64,000 nt of DNA from Eukaryota sp. TZLM1-RC (Eukaryota > Protista > Metamonada: BaSk clade): contig JAUPSS010000001.1 in the NCBI GenBank assembly GCA_040285825.1, positions 930,001-994,000 on the forward strand, written 5' to 3'. How positions within the stretch are numbered: position 1 is the stretch's first letter; each line of letters begins with the position of its first letter. Of this stretch, positions 23,716 to 34,552 are shown piece after piece. The notes beneath the pieces are model-generated. The model made no database searches, was not told the origin of the DNA, and saw only the letters and a program-made list of their open reading frames with translations. The translations under genes were made by a program, and so were the position numbers.

Positions 23716-25064
23716 AAGAAGAAAACTATTTGATGCCGTTAGGCAGATGAACACACAAAACAAAGAGAGAATTCTGAGTTTATAAAATTAATTCATAAAC
23801 TAATATCACGAAGAAATCTACTAAATCAATTTAAGTTAAACAACAACATTTTTTCCGTTTTTTTGACATCATTACACACAGTTCAAATGTACATTTATTG
23901 GTATAAGTCGAGAAGTCGAGATGAACAGAATGACATAACATATATTATTGACATTATTAGTCTCAATAAACTAGAAGGAACCATCACATTCGCTACTCAA
24001 GAACAGCTAACCTGCATTCCAGGCTACACCGTCGGTTGTTGTTGAATTATAATTGATTTAGTAGGGTTCTTTGTATTTCGACTGATCACGTTATACTCGA
24101 TTATGAATCAGTTATTAATCAACTTAGTGTTCTCTCTCCTTCGTGTGTTCATCTGCATAACGGCATCAGCTTTTCATAGACAACGCAAAACTGAGTCAAA
24201 GTATATGGTTTAGTTACCTTACGTGTTTTAAAGACGTTCACAGATGTTTGGTCATCAAACATCTGTATATTTTTCAAATTTATCTCAACTAATACCACCC
24301 ATAAAAAACACCTGCAACCTCAAAGGTTTCGGAATAACAGAATGTGAATTTATGCATTTCCAATCAGCTCAATCAAAAAATGCCACCTCAAATATGAAAC
24401 ATATTATATGAAACAAAAATCTTGGTTGTCGATAAAGACAGTGAAAAATCAACAGAACAAGAACTCACAGATGACTTGCTCTCAATCATTTATATCTTCA
24501 ATTGCAGACAAATGGGTAGACGAAGGTATAAAAGCACAAAAGGTGGGAATTTATTCATCGGGGTTACAGAAGAAAATTCTTCGTAAAATTACACATAAAG
24601 GAGAATTCCAATTTGCATCCCGCTCATCATATCACAAACAAGACATTACCCCATTGGTTGCCCTAACTTTTGAGAGACAAACAAAGGCATTGGGTAGAGC
24701 ATATTTGGAAGATGAAACTTATTCATAAATGTTTATTTCATTAATAAATTGAATTTCTATAATTGAACATCATACAATGCTTCACTGAACTTGAATTATG
24801 TCTTTACACCCAAGATCACCATTATAAATACAACTGTCTAATATCAATTTTTCCTGTCAAAGTAGTTATACCAACATCCACACAGCAGAGATAACTCTAT
24901 GATGGCGATTTGATCAATTCCTAGAGTATGTGTACCTCAAAATATCAAATCCCATTAGAATGGTTTATGCCATTATCCTATATATATTAATGCGAGTGTG
25001 AGTGGGTGTTATATTCCATTAGTCTTTTCATAAAATAAATACCAGTGGTTTGATTGAATTCCTC

Positions 25065-25799
25065 ATGAAACTAACTGTTATAGGCCACTGGGCAGGATAT
25101 CCTAAAGCTAATGACGCTACCTCTGGTTATTTGCTCCAGCACGATGGTTTCAATGTCCTTATTGATTGTGGTAGTGGTGTATTGTCCAACATGTTGCACT
25201 TCGTTTCTTACACCGAACTGCATGCAGTTGTCATCTCCCACTACCACCATGATCATATTGCTGACGTAGGTCCACTACAATACGCTAGGCTAGTGGAAAC
25301 ACAGCTAGGCAAGGTGAATTCTCCACTCAAAGTATATGGCCCATCGTATGATCAGGATACACTGTCAAAGTTAAAGAAACCTCCATTTGTTGACACTGTT
25401 CCATATGACCCGCAAAGCCGAAAAACAATAGGTCCATTTGAGTTGGAATTTCATGAAAATATCCACTCAATTAAATCATTTGCCATTAAGGCTACTTGTG
25501 GATCCAAATCAGTAGCTTATTCAGGAGACACTGCCTATCATGAGACATTGGCAGAGTTTGTGAGTGATGTAGATTTGTTCATTTGCGAGGCGAGCTTCTA
25601 TCCTTGGCAAGATGCAGTGCCTTATGGACACTTAACAAGTACAGAAGCAGCGAGAATTGCTCAAAAATCGTCAGTAAATCATCTTTTACTTACACATTTA
25701 CCTCACTTTGGAAATGTAAACGAGTTGCTTGAGGATGCTAAGAAACATTTCGAACAGAGAACGAGTCTGGCATTCAAAGGGTGGTGTTGTGAGATATAG
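25065..25799 (+). CDS. MBL-fold metallo-hydrolase (RNase Z-like/phosphodiesterase, Bacillus YhfI-like), 244 aa, intact
   Basis: MKLTVIGHWAGYP..ATSGYLL..LIDCGSGV, SHYHHDH (HxHxDH), SGDT, CEA, GHL, LTHLPHFG. Colinear with Firmicutes YhfI as recalled. Confidence 0.9.
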   Translation: MKLTVIGHWAGYPKANDATSGYLLQHDGFNVLIDCGSGVLSNMLHFVSYTELHAVVISHYHHDHIADVGPLQYARLVETQLGKVNSPLKVYGPSYDQDTLSKLKKPPFVDTVPYDPQSRKTIGPFELEFHENIHSIKSFAIKATCGSKSVAYSGDTAYHETLAEFVSDVDLFICEASFYPWQDAVPYGHLTSTEAARIAQKSSVNHLLLTHLPHFGNVNELLEDAKKHFEQRTSLAFKGWCCEI

Positions 25800-26002
25800 T
25801 TGTTTTTGTGGTTTGATTCCATTGTGGTTTGATTCCATTGGAATGTGGAAGTGTAAGGAAAATGGTGTGCTGTTAAAGTAACTACAAGTGATTCAATCAA
25901 TCAAGATGATTCAATCAATCAACATTTTGACACCATAAATTCAATAGACTTGATGACTAGACACTAGCATTAGTAGAGAAAAATTCGTTAATGAAACTTT
26001 AT

Positions 26003-28765
26003 TTATAAGTCAAGTTTGAGACAACTTTTGACAATTTTCTTCAAAAAAGATTTCTTGACAAATTCAGGATCTTGGTTGACATTCCAATGCCCATATTTTC
26101 TATAACAAGAAGAGTCATCTTTCCTATCACACTTGTCGCCAAACTTGCACTTATAAGGAATCACTGGTATAGGTTCATGGGAAAAAGTGAAGCGATGAAG
26201 AGGATCCTTAAGACCTTCACAACTTACCCCATGTTCACATACTTCCAGCTCAACGTGGTCAAATAGTCTGCAGTGTTCCTCGTTTTCCACATCTTTACAA
26301 AATCCTGAATATCGACAAATATGTTTAAACCCCCTTAAATGCTTGGCTCCCTCGGAGGTCTTTCCCATATGATCCACATAGTAATACTCGCAGGTATAAG
26401 GATTAGGACATTGGGGTAGTTCAGAGTTTATATTAGGAGCACTTTTAGTAATAGAGGAAGATCTTGGTTTTTGAAACGATTTTGTGGATGTAAAATGTTG
26501 AAAAAATGTTCGATGAGATAGTGAAGCCAACTGGTTACAATTTTTAAAGGAACAACGTGGAACATGGTGAAATTTTGAAATATGATCTCTTTCATCAACA
26601 CGTTGGCAGGGAAAGAGCAAATCTTGACATGGAAGCATAAAATTTCGAGAATTTTGAATTAAATCGTATTTAATTAAATCTTGGCATTGAGCAAGACAAT
26701 CCCCAAATCCACTAAATATAATTGAATCAAAAAACTTGTGGAAAATGGAAAGTACAAATGATAAAACAGTCATTGCACCAGGAATAGGGTTTTTGAAAGC
26801 TCCACAACCAAGAGGGCAAATCACTAAATGAGTAATTCCGTGTTTAATGGCAGCTAAAAAGACACAAGTCCATCTCTTGTATAGTAATTGCAAATCATCA
26901 AAATGAGCATAGTCTTCACCAAAGTTTTCAACTTCCTTTTTTTGTGGATTTTGAGGAGCAGCAGTACTTATAATGGTAACTCTTTGTGGTTTTTCAAGCA
27001 ATTGACATCCAGTAGCTTCAGTTGTTTTGAAAATTTCCACATTTTCGGTAACTACAACATCAATTTTAGCTGTTTTCCATGGGTATGCTACCCTTTGGCC
27101 AGAAACTACCTGTCCACCATACTGTTCAGGATCCAAAGCAGCACCTAGAGTTGTTCTTCTGAAAAGTGATTCTTCCTGAGCACTTGCACCCGTGAGATAA
27201 CCACCACCAGGATGTTCCTCATTAGCCATGTTGAGGACACCAACACGGTTAGTGGTAGGATCAAGGCCAATCGCACATTCAAGACAGTCTTTTTCCAAAA
27301 ACTCGATCGGTTTAACATCATTAGTTGCAACAAAATCAAAATCATGATTAAAAAAATCGTCAAAAAAATAGACAGAATTACATAGCAAATTACAATTCAA
27401 TCTAGTAAAGGATTCACCATTCAGAGCATAACCATTGGCATTCACGACTCTCAAAGCATGAGCTAATATGATGCACAACACAAGCCTATAACAATTGTTG
27501 AATCTTCGTCTAAGAGAGGGAAGGTCATAGGAATTGATTAGGAAATGGATTAATTGATCATTGTAATTTTCGACTAAATTTCCATAGTAATGCAGAGCCA
27601 AATCAACATGGGCCTTTTCTTCGGCAAAACAAACAGGATAAGCAAGAGCAGGATTGAATTCCTCAACCAAAACTAATGTAATTTCTCTATTTTTCCCTTT
27701 AATTCTACAATTAAAAATCGTACCTCTTTTTAGAACACATTCATCCTCTGTGCTGACCAGAACAACTCTTCTATCCCCAAACAAAGTGATCTTGTGCTTT
27801 GTGGAAGTGAGGCTCTGGTCAATGACGTGTTTCAGAGTTGAGAAATTTGGACAAGGAATGAAGACTAGTTCGAATAAATAGAATTCATTAAAAGAAATTC
27901 TAAAATTTTGGTTGGAAGTGTCAATTGATTGAATGATCTCTGATTGATCTTCTTTTGACAAGACCAAATATTCGAACAAGGAAATGTCAGCCAATATTTG
28001 GTCATTTAGATAGATTGTCTTTGAATTCGGTAATAGTTGAGCCAAATTTTCGTCAATAACAGAATGATTAATTGGTGATCCATCTTCGACAACGACTGTG
28101 ATCCTTCGACAATGAGTGAAAATTTCAACAAAAATTTGGGTATCAGGAAGCTGCACTCTTTGCTGCCCTAGTAAAGCTTCTATATTGGCTAAACATTTTA
28201 AACTATTCCCAGTAAATCTAACTTCATAAAGGAAAAGTGAATACTGGCGAACTTTGATGGAATTGCCACATGAAATAACACTGGCCTTTTCCCTAACGAA
28301 TTCAGAGTCAACATGATGTGAGAATCCCATGTAGAGAAAAATAGAATAGTCAGCAAAAGGTTGTAACTCAGATGGTAGCTGGGACACGGAGTAGACATTG
28401 TACTTAAGTAAAGGAAAGGATTGCTGCTGTGGTAAGGCTTGGAAACGTTGGTGTTGATCATTAGGGATAAATAAAAGAATTGGTGAAGGGTTGGGGTTGA
28501 GATAGCAAGTTGACGGTTCAAGAAGAACTTCATCATCAGAAGAATCATCTTCCACAATGTTCTGACTTCGCTTGGAGGGTGGTTGTGGCAGAAGATTGCT
28601 GAGTTCTTGGGAAGAACGTGTACGAGCAATTGTACTAGGAAACACTGATTCTGATGATGAAGGACGTGTGGCATGAGGGATTAAGTCCTCATCATCAGAA
28701 GAAGAAGAGATCGTGGACGGGTCTGTGGATGATGACATATGAGTAGAGATTTGGAAAGGTTGCAT
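26003..28765 (-). CDS. Bacterial-type PARG (TIGR02452/DUF2263 macrodomain) with ~6 C-terminal PBZ-like zinc fingers
   Basis: VLNMANEEHPGGGYLTGASAQEESLFRRTTL (GGG-x6-QEE) and PLGCGAFKNP; repeated C-x5-C...H-x5-H units such as CRYSGFCKDVENEEHCRLFDH. Start may be MSSS at 28738. Confidence 0.85.
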   Translation of the reverse strand: MQPFQISTHMSSSTDPSTISSSSDDEDLIPHATRPSSSESVFPSTIARTRSSQELSNLLPQPPSKRSQNIVEDDSSDDEVLLEPSTCYLNPNPSPILLFIPNDQHQRFQALPQQQSFPLLKYNVYSVSQLPSELQPFADYSIFLYMGFSHHVDSEFVREKASVISCGNSIKVRQYSLFLYEVRFTGNSLKCLANIEALLGQQRVQLPDTQIFVEIFTHCRRITVVVEDGSPINHSVIDENLAQLLPNSKTIYLNDQILADISLFEYLVLSKEDQSEIIQSIDTSNQNFRISFNEFYLFELVFIPCPNFSTLKHVIDQSLTSTKHKITLFGDRRVVLVSTEDECVLKRGTIFNCRIKGKNREITLVLVEEFNPALAYPVCFAEEKAHVDLALHYYGNLVENYNDQLIHFLINSYDLPSLRRRFNNCYRLVLCIILAHALRVVNANGYALNGESFTRLNCNLLCNSVYFFDDFFNHDFDFVATNDVKPIEFLEKDCLECAIGLDPTTNRVGVLNMANEEHPGGGYLTGASAQEESLFRRTTLGAALDPEQYGGQVVSGQRVAYPWKTAKIDVVVTENVEIFKTTEATGCQLLEKPQRVTIISTAAPQNPQKKEVENFGEDYAHFDDLQLLYKRWTCVFLAAIKHGITHLVICPLGCGAFKNPIPGAMTVLSFVLSIFHKFFDSIIFSGFGDCLAQCQDLIKYDLIQNSRNFMLPCQDLLFPCQRVDERDHISKFHHVPRCSFKNCNQLASLSHRTFFQHFTSTKSFQKPRSSSITKSAPNINSELPQCPNPYTCEYYYVDHMGKTSEGAKHLRGFKHICRYSGFCKDVENEEHCRLFDHVELEVCEHGVSCEGLKDPLHRFTFSHEPIPVIPYKCKFGDKCDRKDDSSCYRKYGHWNVNQDPEFVKKSFLKKIVKSCLKLDL

Positions 28766-28969
28766 TTGAATGAAACGAAATGGTTTTAAAAAATGATTCC
28801 CAAAATTTTTGAATTGGTTAGTTAAACTTTAACTCTGTTCCTTCTTTGTTCATCTGTTTTTGTGTGGTAACAATACAATCAGGTCTCATCTCAGTCACAA
28901 CCAAAGAAAAACTTACATAATGATTAGTGTGACAGGGTAAATTAAAATGTACAAAATAATGCTCTAAGA

Positions 28970-29510
28970 AACCCAGTAGCAGGATGACAACATTATTTAA
29001 AATAGGACAATGTCTCCATTTAGGTCTTCTCAAATTAGGATTTTCATCATAGACAGAAGCAATGAACACACGCAGATCACATTTTTGTAAAGGAAATTGT
29101 GGCTCATTGAATTTAGTCCCATTAGTTTTGAATTTATTTTGTTGTAAGTACTGTGCTTCAATGAAATTATTGTTTATTCGAGAAACTCTAAAGTGAGAGG
29201 TAGTCTCCCTACATGGCATCCCCTGCTTTATCTTCATGGATGATTTCGTGGAAATTGTGAAGAAGCATGCGGAAAGAGTTTTTGACAAATTGTTTTGTCA
29301 GAACAGAAGTGTATTTTCAATGTTAAAATAAGTTGTTCATTCGAAACCTCCACCTTCATCATCTGTTGGACGGTCGTATAAGATAAAAACTCTAGTCGAT
29401 TCTTCCTGGCTGATTTGGGGTATGAAGAAATACAGTTTTAATTTTGCTGAATAGTCTATTGTTATCAATCGGAAAATAGAGGACTGACTGTAGTTTCAAC
29501 AAATGTGATT
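28970..29510 (-). repeat. Dispersed ~540-bp repeat, copy 1 (decayed coding fragment of unknown element)
   Basis: Colinear, same orientation, and clearly homologous to 37025-37566 (e.g. gacagaagcaatgaacacacgcagatca; ggctgatttggggtatg). Confidence 0.8.
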
Positions 29511-29670
29511 GCTTATTCGTATTTCTAAATATCGGTTGAACAGAAAGATGTTCTTATCAAAAACATTTTGAAAAACTTATTCAAAAACTGAATCAAATTG
29601 CTTGTAAATTCATAAAATTTATCAAAATCAATATCAGCAATTCAAAATTAACTACAGACTTTATTCTTCA

Positions 29671-32600
29671 CTAAATACACAGCCATTTTTTCCTTCGTTG
29701 ATTTTGGTTATCAATAGCATTATTCAAATCTTCAACTTGGGCTTCCAAGTCTTCTATTTCCTGCCTGTACCTTCTAATTTCTTCTCGCAGTGCACCCTCC
29801 GTCTTAGAAGATTGATTACATTTGGTATTCAAAGCTACAAGTTTTTCTTGATTGGAGGATTGTTGTTGTTTCAAGTCCTCTACTTGATTAGATAACTCTT
29901 CGATAACATAATCAGCTCCCCTTTTGGATTCTTCAATTGATTTTGCTTTGGATTTCTCCTTTGCTAAAAGAGATTCAGTTGATTTCAACTTTTGCTTCAA
30001 ATTTTCAATTGAATGCTGGAGTGATTCAATGAGCTCTTCATTTGCCATGTCACTATTGATCTCTTCTTCTTCTATTGAAATATTCGAACTAACAACTTCG
30101 TCGAGTGAATTATTTCCACAGCAAATGGAAAACATATTGGTGCAGTTGGTTAGAGATAAAAGCTTTCCCTGTAATTCCAACAGCTCATAATTGAGGTCAA
30201 AATTGGATGACACGTCAGCATCGTCATCAATTTGATTGGTAAAATGATTGGCGACTGAGGTGATGGTATTTGTGGCAGCCCATTCCATTCCCAAAGACCT
30301 TCCTTGATCATACAAAGAATCAAGGTGATTCTGCTTGACATGGCTTGACTTTTGACCATTTCTGAGCTGCTGAATGGAGTTATTTGCATTACAAACTGAA
30401 TAAAAAGAATTTTGTTGTTTTAAATATTCAAAACGACCTTCATTGTATAGAGCAGAATACTTTTGAGCTTGCACGTCATTCTGCTTGACCTCCATTGACC
30501 CACTTCTACTTGCGAGTAGGTCAAATGCCAAATCTCCGTTAGCAATATAGGAATTAGAAAGATCATATTGCATGGAAATTAATTGACCTTGTGTAAAAAG
30601 TTCAGAAATATTTTGACCCTTTGCCACGCCATCAAGCACGTCATCATTGTGGAGTTTCAAAGACTTCTCTGCGTTATTCACCAGCATTGAATTGACCATG
30701 TTGAAGAGGGTGTAGATCCTGCCATCATTGAAAAGATCAATATTATCGGTCATAATTCCACACGTCACGTCATCATGATTGACAGTTGTTGACTGGTTGC
30801 CGTTTTCGATCAAATTCTGCCTTTTTTGATCCTCTAAAGAAACTAATTTTCCCTCGAGATACAAATTTTCAAGAAGACTTGCCTTACAACCGTCACATTC
30901 ATTTTGATTGGTAATTTGATTGGCTGGTAACACATCACATTTACATTCTTTATTAAAGTCTTCCAAATTCAAACTACCACGTGACTTTTTGACCTCGTCA
31001 ATCAACTTGGAGTTAGAAAAGGTAAGACCATCGAGTTCTAACTGAAGCGTGGAAATTTTCGACGTCAAGGCTAAAATTTTGGAAGTTTGATCTCTTCCCC
31101 TGCTCTTGAGCTGTACTATTTCCTTTTGCTTATCCATTAATTTTTGTTTCAATTTTTGAATCAATTGATTGTTTTTTTCATTATTATTGACCGCCAACTG
31201 ATCACTGTTAGTGGACATTTCTGAAATTTCTGCCTTTAAACCCAAAACTTCCTTTTCCAAATTTTCAATGATTTCCGATCGGTCGGCTACACAATTTTTC
31301 AAAGAGTCAATGATAGCAACAAATTCTTCATTAATTTCTTTAATTTTCCCATATTGCCCTTCTAATTCATCATGAGAGTCAGAAAGATCCTTGAAAGCTG
31401 ATTCTGATTGGTTCAAGGAAACAGAAAGTGATTTAATAACTGATGAATAATTGGTAGATTTTTCGGAGAGATCACAAAAAAGATCATAAAGCTCATTGAA
31501 AGAAGTTGAAAATGTTTTGAATTCTGAACGTTGTGACTGAATGGTTTCCTCTAACTGAGTAATTTTTGACTCCAATTCAACAATTAACGTAGACTTAAAT
31601 TGAATTTCTGTATTCAATTCAGCAATCAAGTCTTGATTATTCTTGATTGATTGACAATTTGATTGATTCTCGGTTGATAATTCCGAATTACTGGCTTTAA
31701 GTGACATAATTTCCGATTCCAGTGATTCTTTTTCAGACGTTAGAGATTTGATTTGAGTAGTTAATTCAGCAATTGATGAATTTAATTCTGCAAATTTAGA
31801 ACTTTTCATCAATAATTCTTGATTCTTTGAATTAATTTCTGCATCTTTTTCTTTTAATAATTCAATTTTATCACCATTATCTTTTTCATTTTTCTTAATT
31901 TCTTCTTTTAATTCACTATTCAACAGACCCAACTCATCTAATGCACTTGATAATTCATTATTTTTACTGTTAATTAAGGTGATTTCATCTTTTAACTCAG
32001 TAATGATTGAGTTTAACTGTTCCTTTTCCAGAATTAATTCCTTTTCACTCTCCGAGTTACTACTAATTTTTGCTTTAATTTGATCCAATTCAAGTTCTCT
32101 TTCGGATATAACACTACCTAATTTTTCTTTTTCTAGCACAACCAAGTTATAATTTGTTTCTAATCTAACCAACGAGTCAGTTTTGAGCTGACAAGTTTTC
32201 TGACATTCTGAATATTTCGAAGTGATCTCTTCTAACTGAGACTTGAAATTTTCACACTGTTCCTCAGTCAAGGTTAAATTTGACCGAAGCTCTTGAATTT
32301 GATCGGAAATGTCTTGATTTTGAGCTTCCAAGTCTTGTTTTTCTTCACTAACTTTGTTGAAATTTCGTTGTAATTCTTCATAAAGTTTTGATAATTCCTG
32401 ATTTTTGACCGTCATGTCATTTAATTGATTGGTAACGTCAGCAATTTTGACCTTATCAGATTCTACTTTGGCTTTCAAATGATTAATCTCTTCCTTTAAA
32501 GATCCAACTTGTCGTTGATTGAGCTCCTTTGATTCAAGCTCAAAGTTTTTAAAATTTTGTTCCAAAATTTCGTAATCTGACTTTGACTCTGCAAGACTTT

Positions 32601-34527
32601 GGGTTAATTCTTCACATTTCTGTTCGAATTCAGCAGACTTCCGTTGAAAACCTTTCAACTTGTCAATTTGAGATGACAAGCTGAATATTTTGGCATTGAG
32701 ATCCTTATTTTCGTCAACAAGGGTGCTTAATTGGTTGACTTTGTCTGAAAGTTGATCAATTTCCTCCTCTTTTTGGGCAATTTCTAGTTTGAGTTGGTCG
32801 ATTTGTCCTGATAATTGCAAATTTTCGTCATTTTTGACCCCTAGCTTACTTTGGCACGTGTCAAGGCAAGAATTGAGCTCACCTACTAATCTCTTGAAAT
32901 TTTCAACCTCTTTTACCAAATTTTTATTTTCTTCAGTCAACTCATCAATTTCAGTATTTAATTGCTCAATCCTACACTCTAAATCACCATCAGAAATTTC
33001 AAATTCTTTAATCAAATTATTCATCCAAACTAGTAAAGAATCATCATTTGAAAGAGCACGAATTGAAGAAGTGTTACGTTCTAAATAGTTACAAATGATT
33101 TTGATTGATGATTTGATTGATGATTGATCAGTTTCCTTTGGCAAAAGGTAGTTTGATTTTTTCAGTCCATCAAGAGTTGAAAGTAACTGTTCTACCTGTG
33201 CTTGAAGGTCAGAATTACGTGATAAAAGTTCATTAATTTGATTGTTTAGACCAGAAAGTTCCTGATTATGAGCTGTGTCGACAGATTCATGGTCTTTCTG
33301 GGCTGTTAACTTGAATGTTTGGAATTCTGATTTAACAGACTCAATGGTAGACTCAGTAGAGCTTAGGTCACGTGAAAGTCTTTGAATTTCTTCATCTTTT
33401 TGACCCAATGACGTCATCAATTCTGAATTTTGATCTTTTAATTGTGAAATTTCGGATTCTAATCGTTGAAGAGATTCGTTTGACTTGGCAACAGTTTGAT
33501 CCTTATTTTTGAGCTGATGACGTAGTTGATTGATCTCATTTGATTGATTAAAAGCACTGCTCTCCAGTTCCGAATTACTGGCTTTTAGTGACATAATTTC
33601 CGATTCAAGTGATTCTTTTTCAGACGTTAGAGATTTGATTTGAGTAGTTAATTCAGCAATTGATGAATTTAATTCTGCAAATTTAGAACTTTTCATCAAT
33701 AATTCTTGATTCTTTGAATTAATTTCAGCATCTTTTTCTTTTAATAATTCAATTTTATCACCATTTTCTTTTTCAATTTTTTTAATTTCTTCTTTTAATT
33801 CACTATTCAACCGACCCAACTCATCTAATGCACTTGATAATTCATTATTTTTACCATTAATTAAGGTAATTTCATCTTCCTTTTCCTTAATCAAACCCTG
33901 TAATTCATTAATACTACCCACTTCACTAGTGAAGTCACTCTGGACTACCCCACCCTTGTTAGCCATTTCCTTCAACTCTTTCAGCTCTGATTCCAATTCT
34001 GCACAATAAAGTTTATAATCTTTACCTTTAAGTAACCCCTTAGACCTATCCCAGTCAGGAATGGCTTCCTTCTTGCCTTTTTTAATAGTAAAAGACTGTT
34101 GAATGAGGGTCATAAGGTCAGCCTGATGGGAACCAAGAGAGGAAACAACATCAAAGAGGAAGGAATTAGAGGAGGAATGTACAGCGACGGTTATAATAAG
34201 GGCGATGAGAGAAAGAGCAGTTTGTGAAGACTCAGAGAGGCCCAGGGCTAATGACTTAATGTCTAGATGGTGTAGCGGAGGGTAGTCGTCAACCGTGAAG
34301 AGAAGAGAGTCACGTATGAGAGTGAGAAAGTGGTAGAGGTTGCGGAAACGTTCGAAAGCAGAAACTGGGGTTGTGTGGGGAGGGGCAGGGGATAAGTTGA
34401 CTGGAAGAAAAGGTTTAAGAGCACGACACAAGAGGAGGCCATCAGACAGTTGAGTGGGATGGTGAACAGGAGAAAGACCATTGTCAGTGAAGTGGTTGAT
34501 GAACACTAGGAGGTGTTGGGACTCCAT
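29671..34527 (-). CDS. HOOK/NuMA-type N-terminal calponin-homology domain plus long coiled coil (~1618 aa)
   Basis: LSDGLLLCRALK...RFRNL...LDIKSLA...LIITVAVHS...QADLMTLIQ fits HOOK_N; heptads follow. The 41 upstream in-frame codons lie mostly in the Fanzor 3' end, so ATG 34527 is preferred. Confidence 0.8.
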   Translation of the reverse strand: MESQHLLVFINHFTDNGLSPVHHPTQLSDGLLLCRALKPFLPVNLSPAPPHTTPVSAFERFRNLYHFLTLIRDSLLFTVDDYPPLHHLDIKSLALGLSESSQTALSLIALIITVAVHSSSNSFLFDVVSSLGSHQADLMTLIQQSFTIKKGKKEAIPDWDRSKGLLKGKDYKLYCAELESELKELKEMANKGGVVQSDFTSEVGSINELQGLIKEKEDEITLINGKNNELSSALDELGRLNSELKEEIKKIEKENGDKIELLKEKDAEINSKNQELLMKSSKFAELNSSIAELTTQIKSLTSEKESLESEIMSLKASNSELESSAFNQSNEINQLRHQLKNKDQTVAKSNESLQRLESEISQLKDQNSELMTSLGQKDEEIQRLSRDLSSTESTIESVKSEFQTFKLTAQKDHESVDTAHNQELSGLNNQINELLSRNSDLQAQVEQLLSTLDGLKKSNYLLPKETDQSSIKSSIKIICNYLERNTSSIRALSNDDSLLVWMNNLIKEFEISDGDLECRIEQLNTEIDELTEENKNLVKEVENFKRLVGELNSCLDTCQSKLGVKNDENLQLSGQIDQLKLEIAQKEEEIDQLSDKVNQLSTLVDENKDLNAKIFSLSSQIDKLKGFQRKSAEFEQKCEELTQSLAESKSDYEILEQNFKNFELESKELNQRQVGSLKEEINHLKAKVESDKVKIADVTNQLNDMTVKNQELSKLYEELQRNFNKVSEEKQDLEAQNQDISDQIQELRSNLTLTEEQCENFKSQLEEITSKYSECQKTCQLKTDSLVRLETNYNLVVLEKEKLGSVISERELELDQIKAKISSNSESEKELILEKEQLNSIITELKDEITLINSKNNELSSALDELGLLNSELKEEIKKNEKDNGDKIELLKEKDAEINSKNQELLMKSSKFAELNSSIAELTTQIKSLTSEKESLESEIMSLKASNSELSTENQSNCQSIKNNQDLIAELNTEIQFKSTLIVELESKITQLEETIQSQRSEFKTFSTSFNELYDLFCDLSEKSTNYSSVIKSLSVSLNQSESAFKDLSDSHDELEGQYGKIKEINEEFVAIIDSLKNCVADRSEIIENLEKEVLGLKAEISEMSTNSDQLAVNNNEKNNQLIQKLKQKLMDKQKEIVQLKSRGRDQTSKILALTSKISTLQLELDGLTFSNSKLIDEVKKSRGSLNLEDFNKECKCDVLPANQITNQNECDGCKASLLENLYLEGKLVSLEDQKRQNLIENGNQSTTVNHDDVTCGIMTDNIDLFNDGRIYTLFNMVNSMLVNNAEKSLKLHNDDVLDGVAKGQNISELFTQGQLISMQYDLSNSYIANGDLAFDLLASRSGSMEVKQNDVQAQKYSALYNEGRFEYLKQQNSFYSVCNANNSIQQLRNGQKSSHVKQNHLDSLYDQGRSLGMEWAATNTITSVANHFTNQIDDDADVSSNFDLNYELLELQGKLLSLTNCTNMFSICCGNNSLDEVVSSNISIEEEEINSDMANEELIESLQHSIENLKQKLKSTESLLAKEKSKAKSIEESKRGADYVIEELSNQVEDLKQQQSSNQEKLVALNTKCNQSSKTEGALREEIRRYRQEIEDLEAQVEDLNNAIDNQNQRRKKWLCI
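31681..33878. repeat. ~310-bp internal duplication in the coiled-coil gene (31681-31991 and 33568-33878)
   Basis: DEITLIN...LKASNSEL segment occurs twice at near identity. Confidence 0.9.
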
Positions 34528-34552
34528 TATCACAATGAAATAGGTGTCCTTT

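Larger units (their letters stand above)
20122..26740. repeat. Segmental duplication, copy 2 (unexpanded)
   Basis: Colinear with 1992-18791 minus the tandem amplification. Confidence 0.93.
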
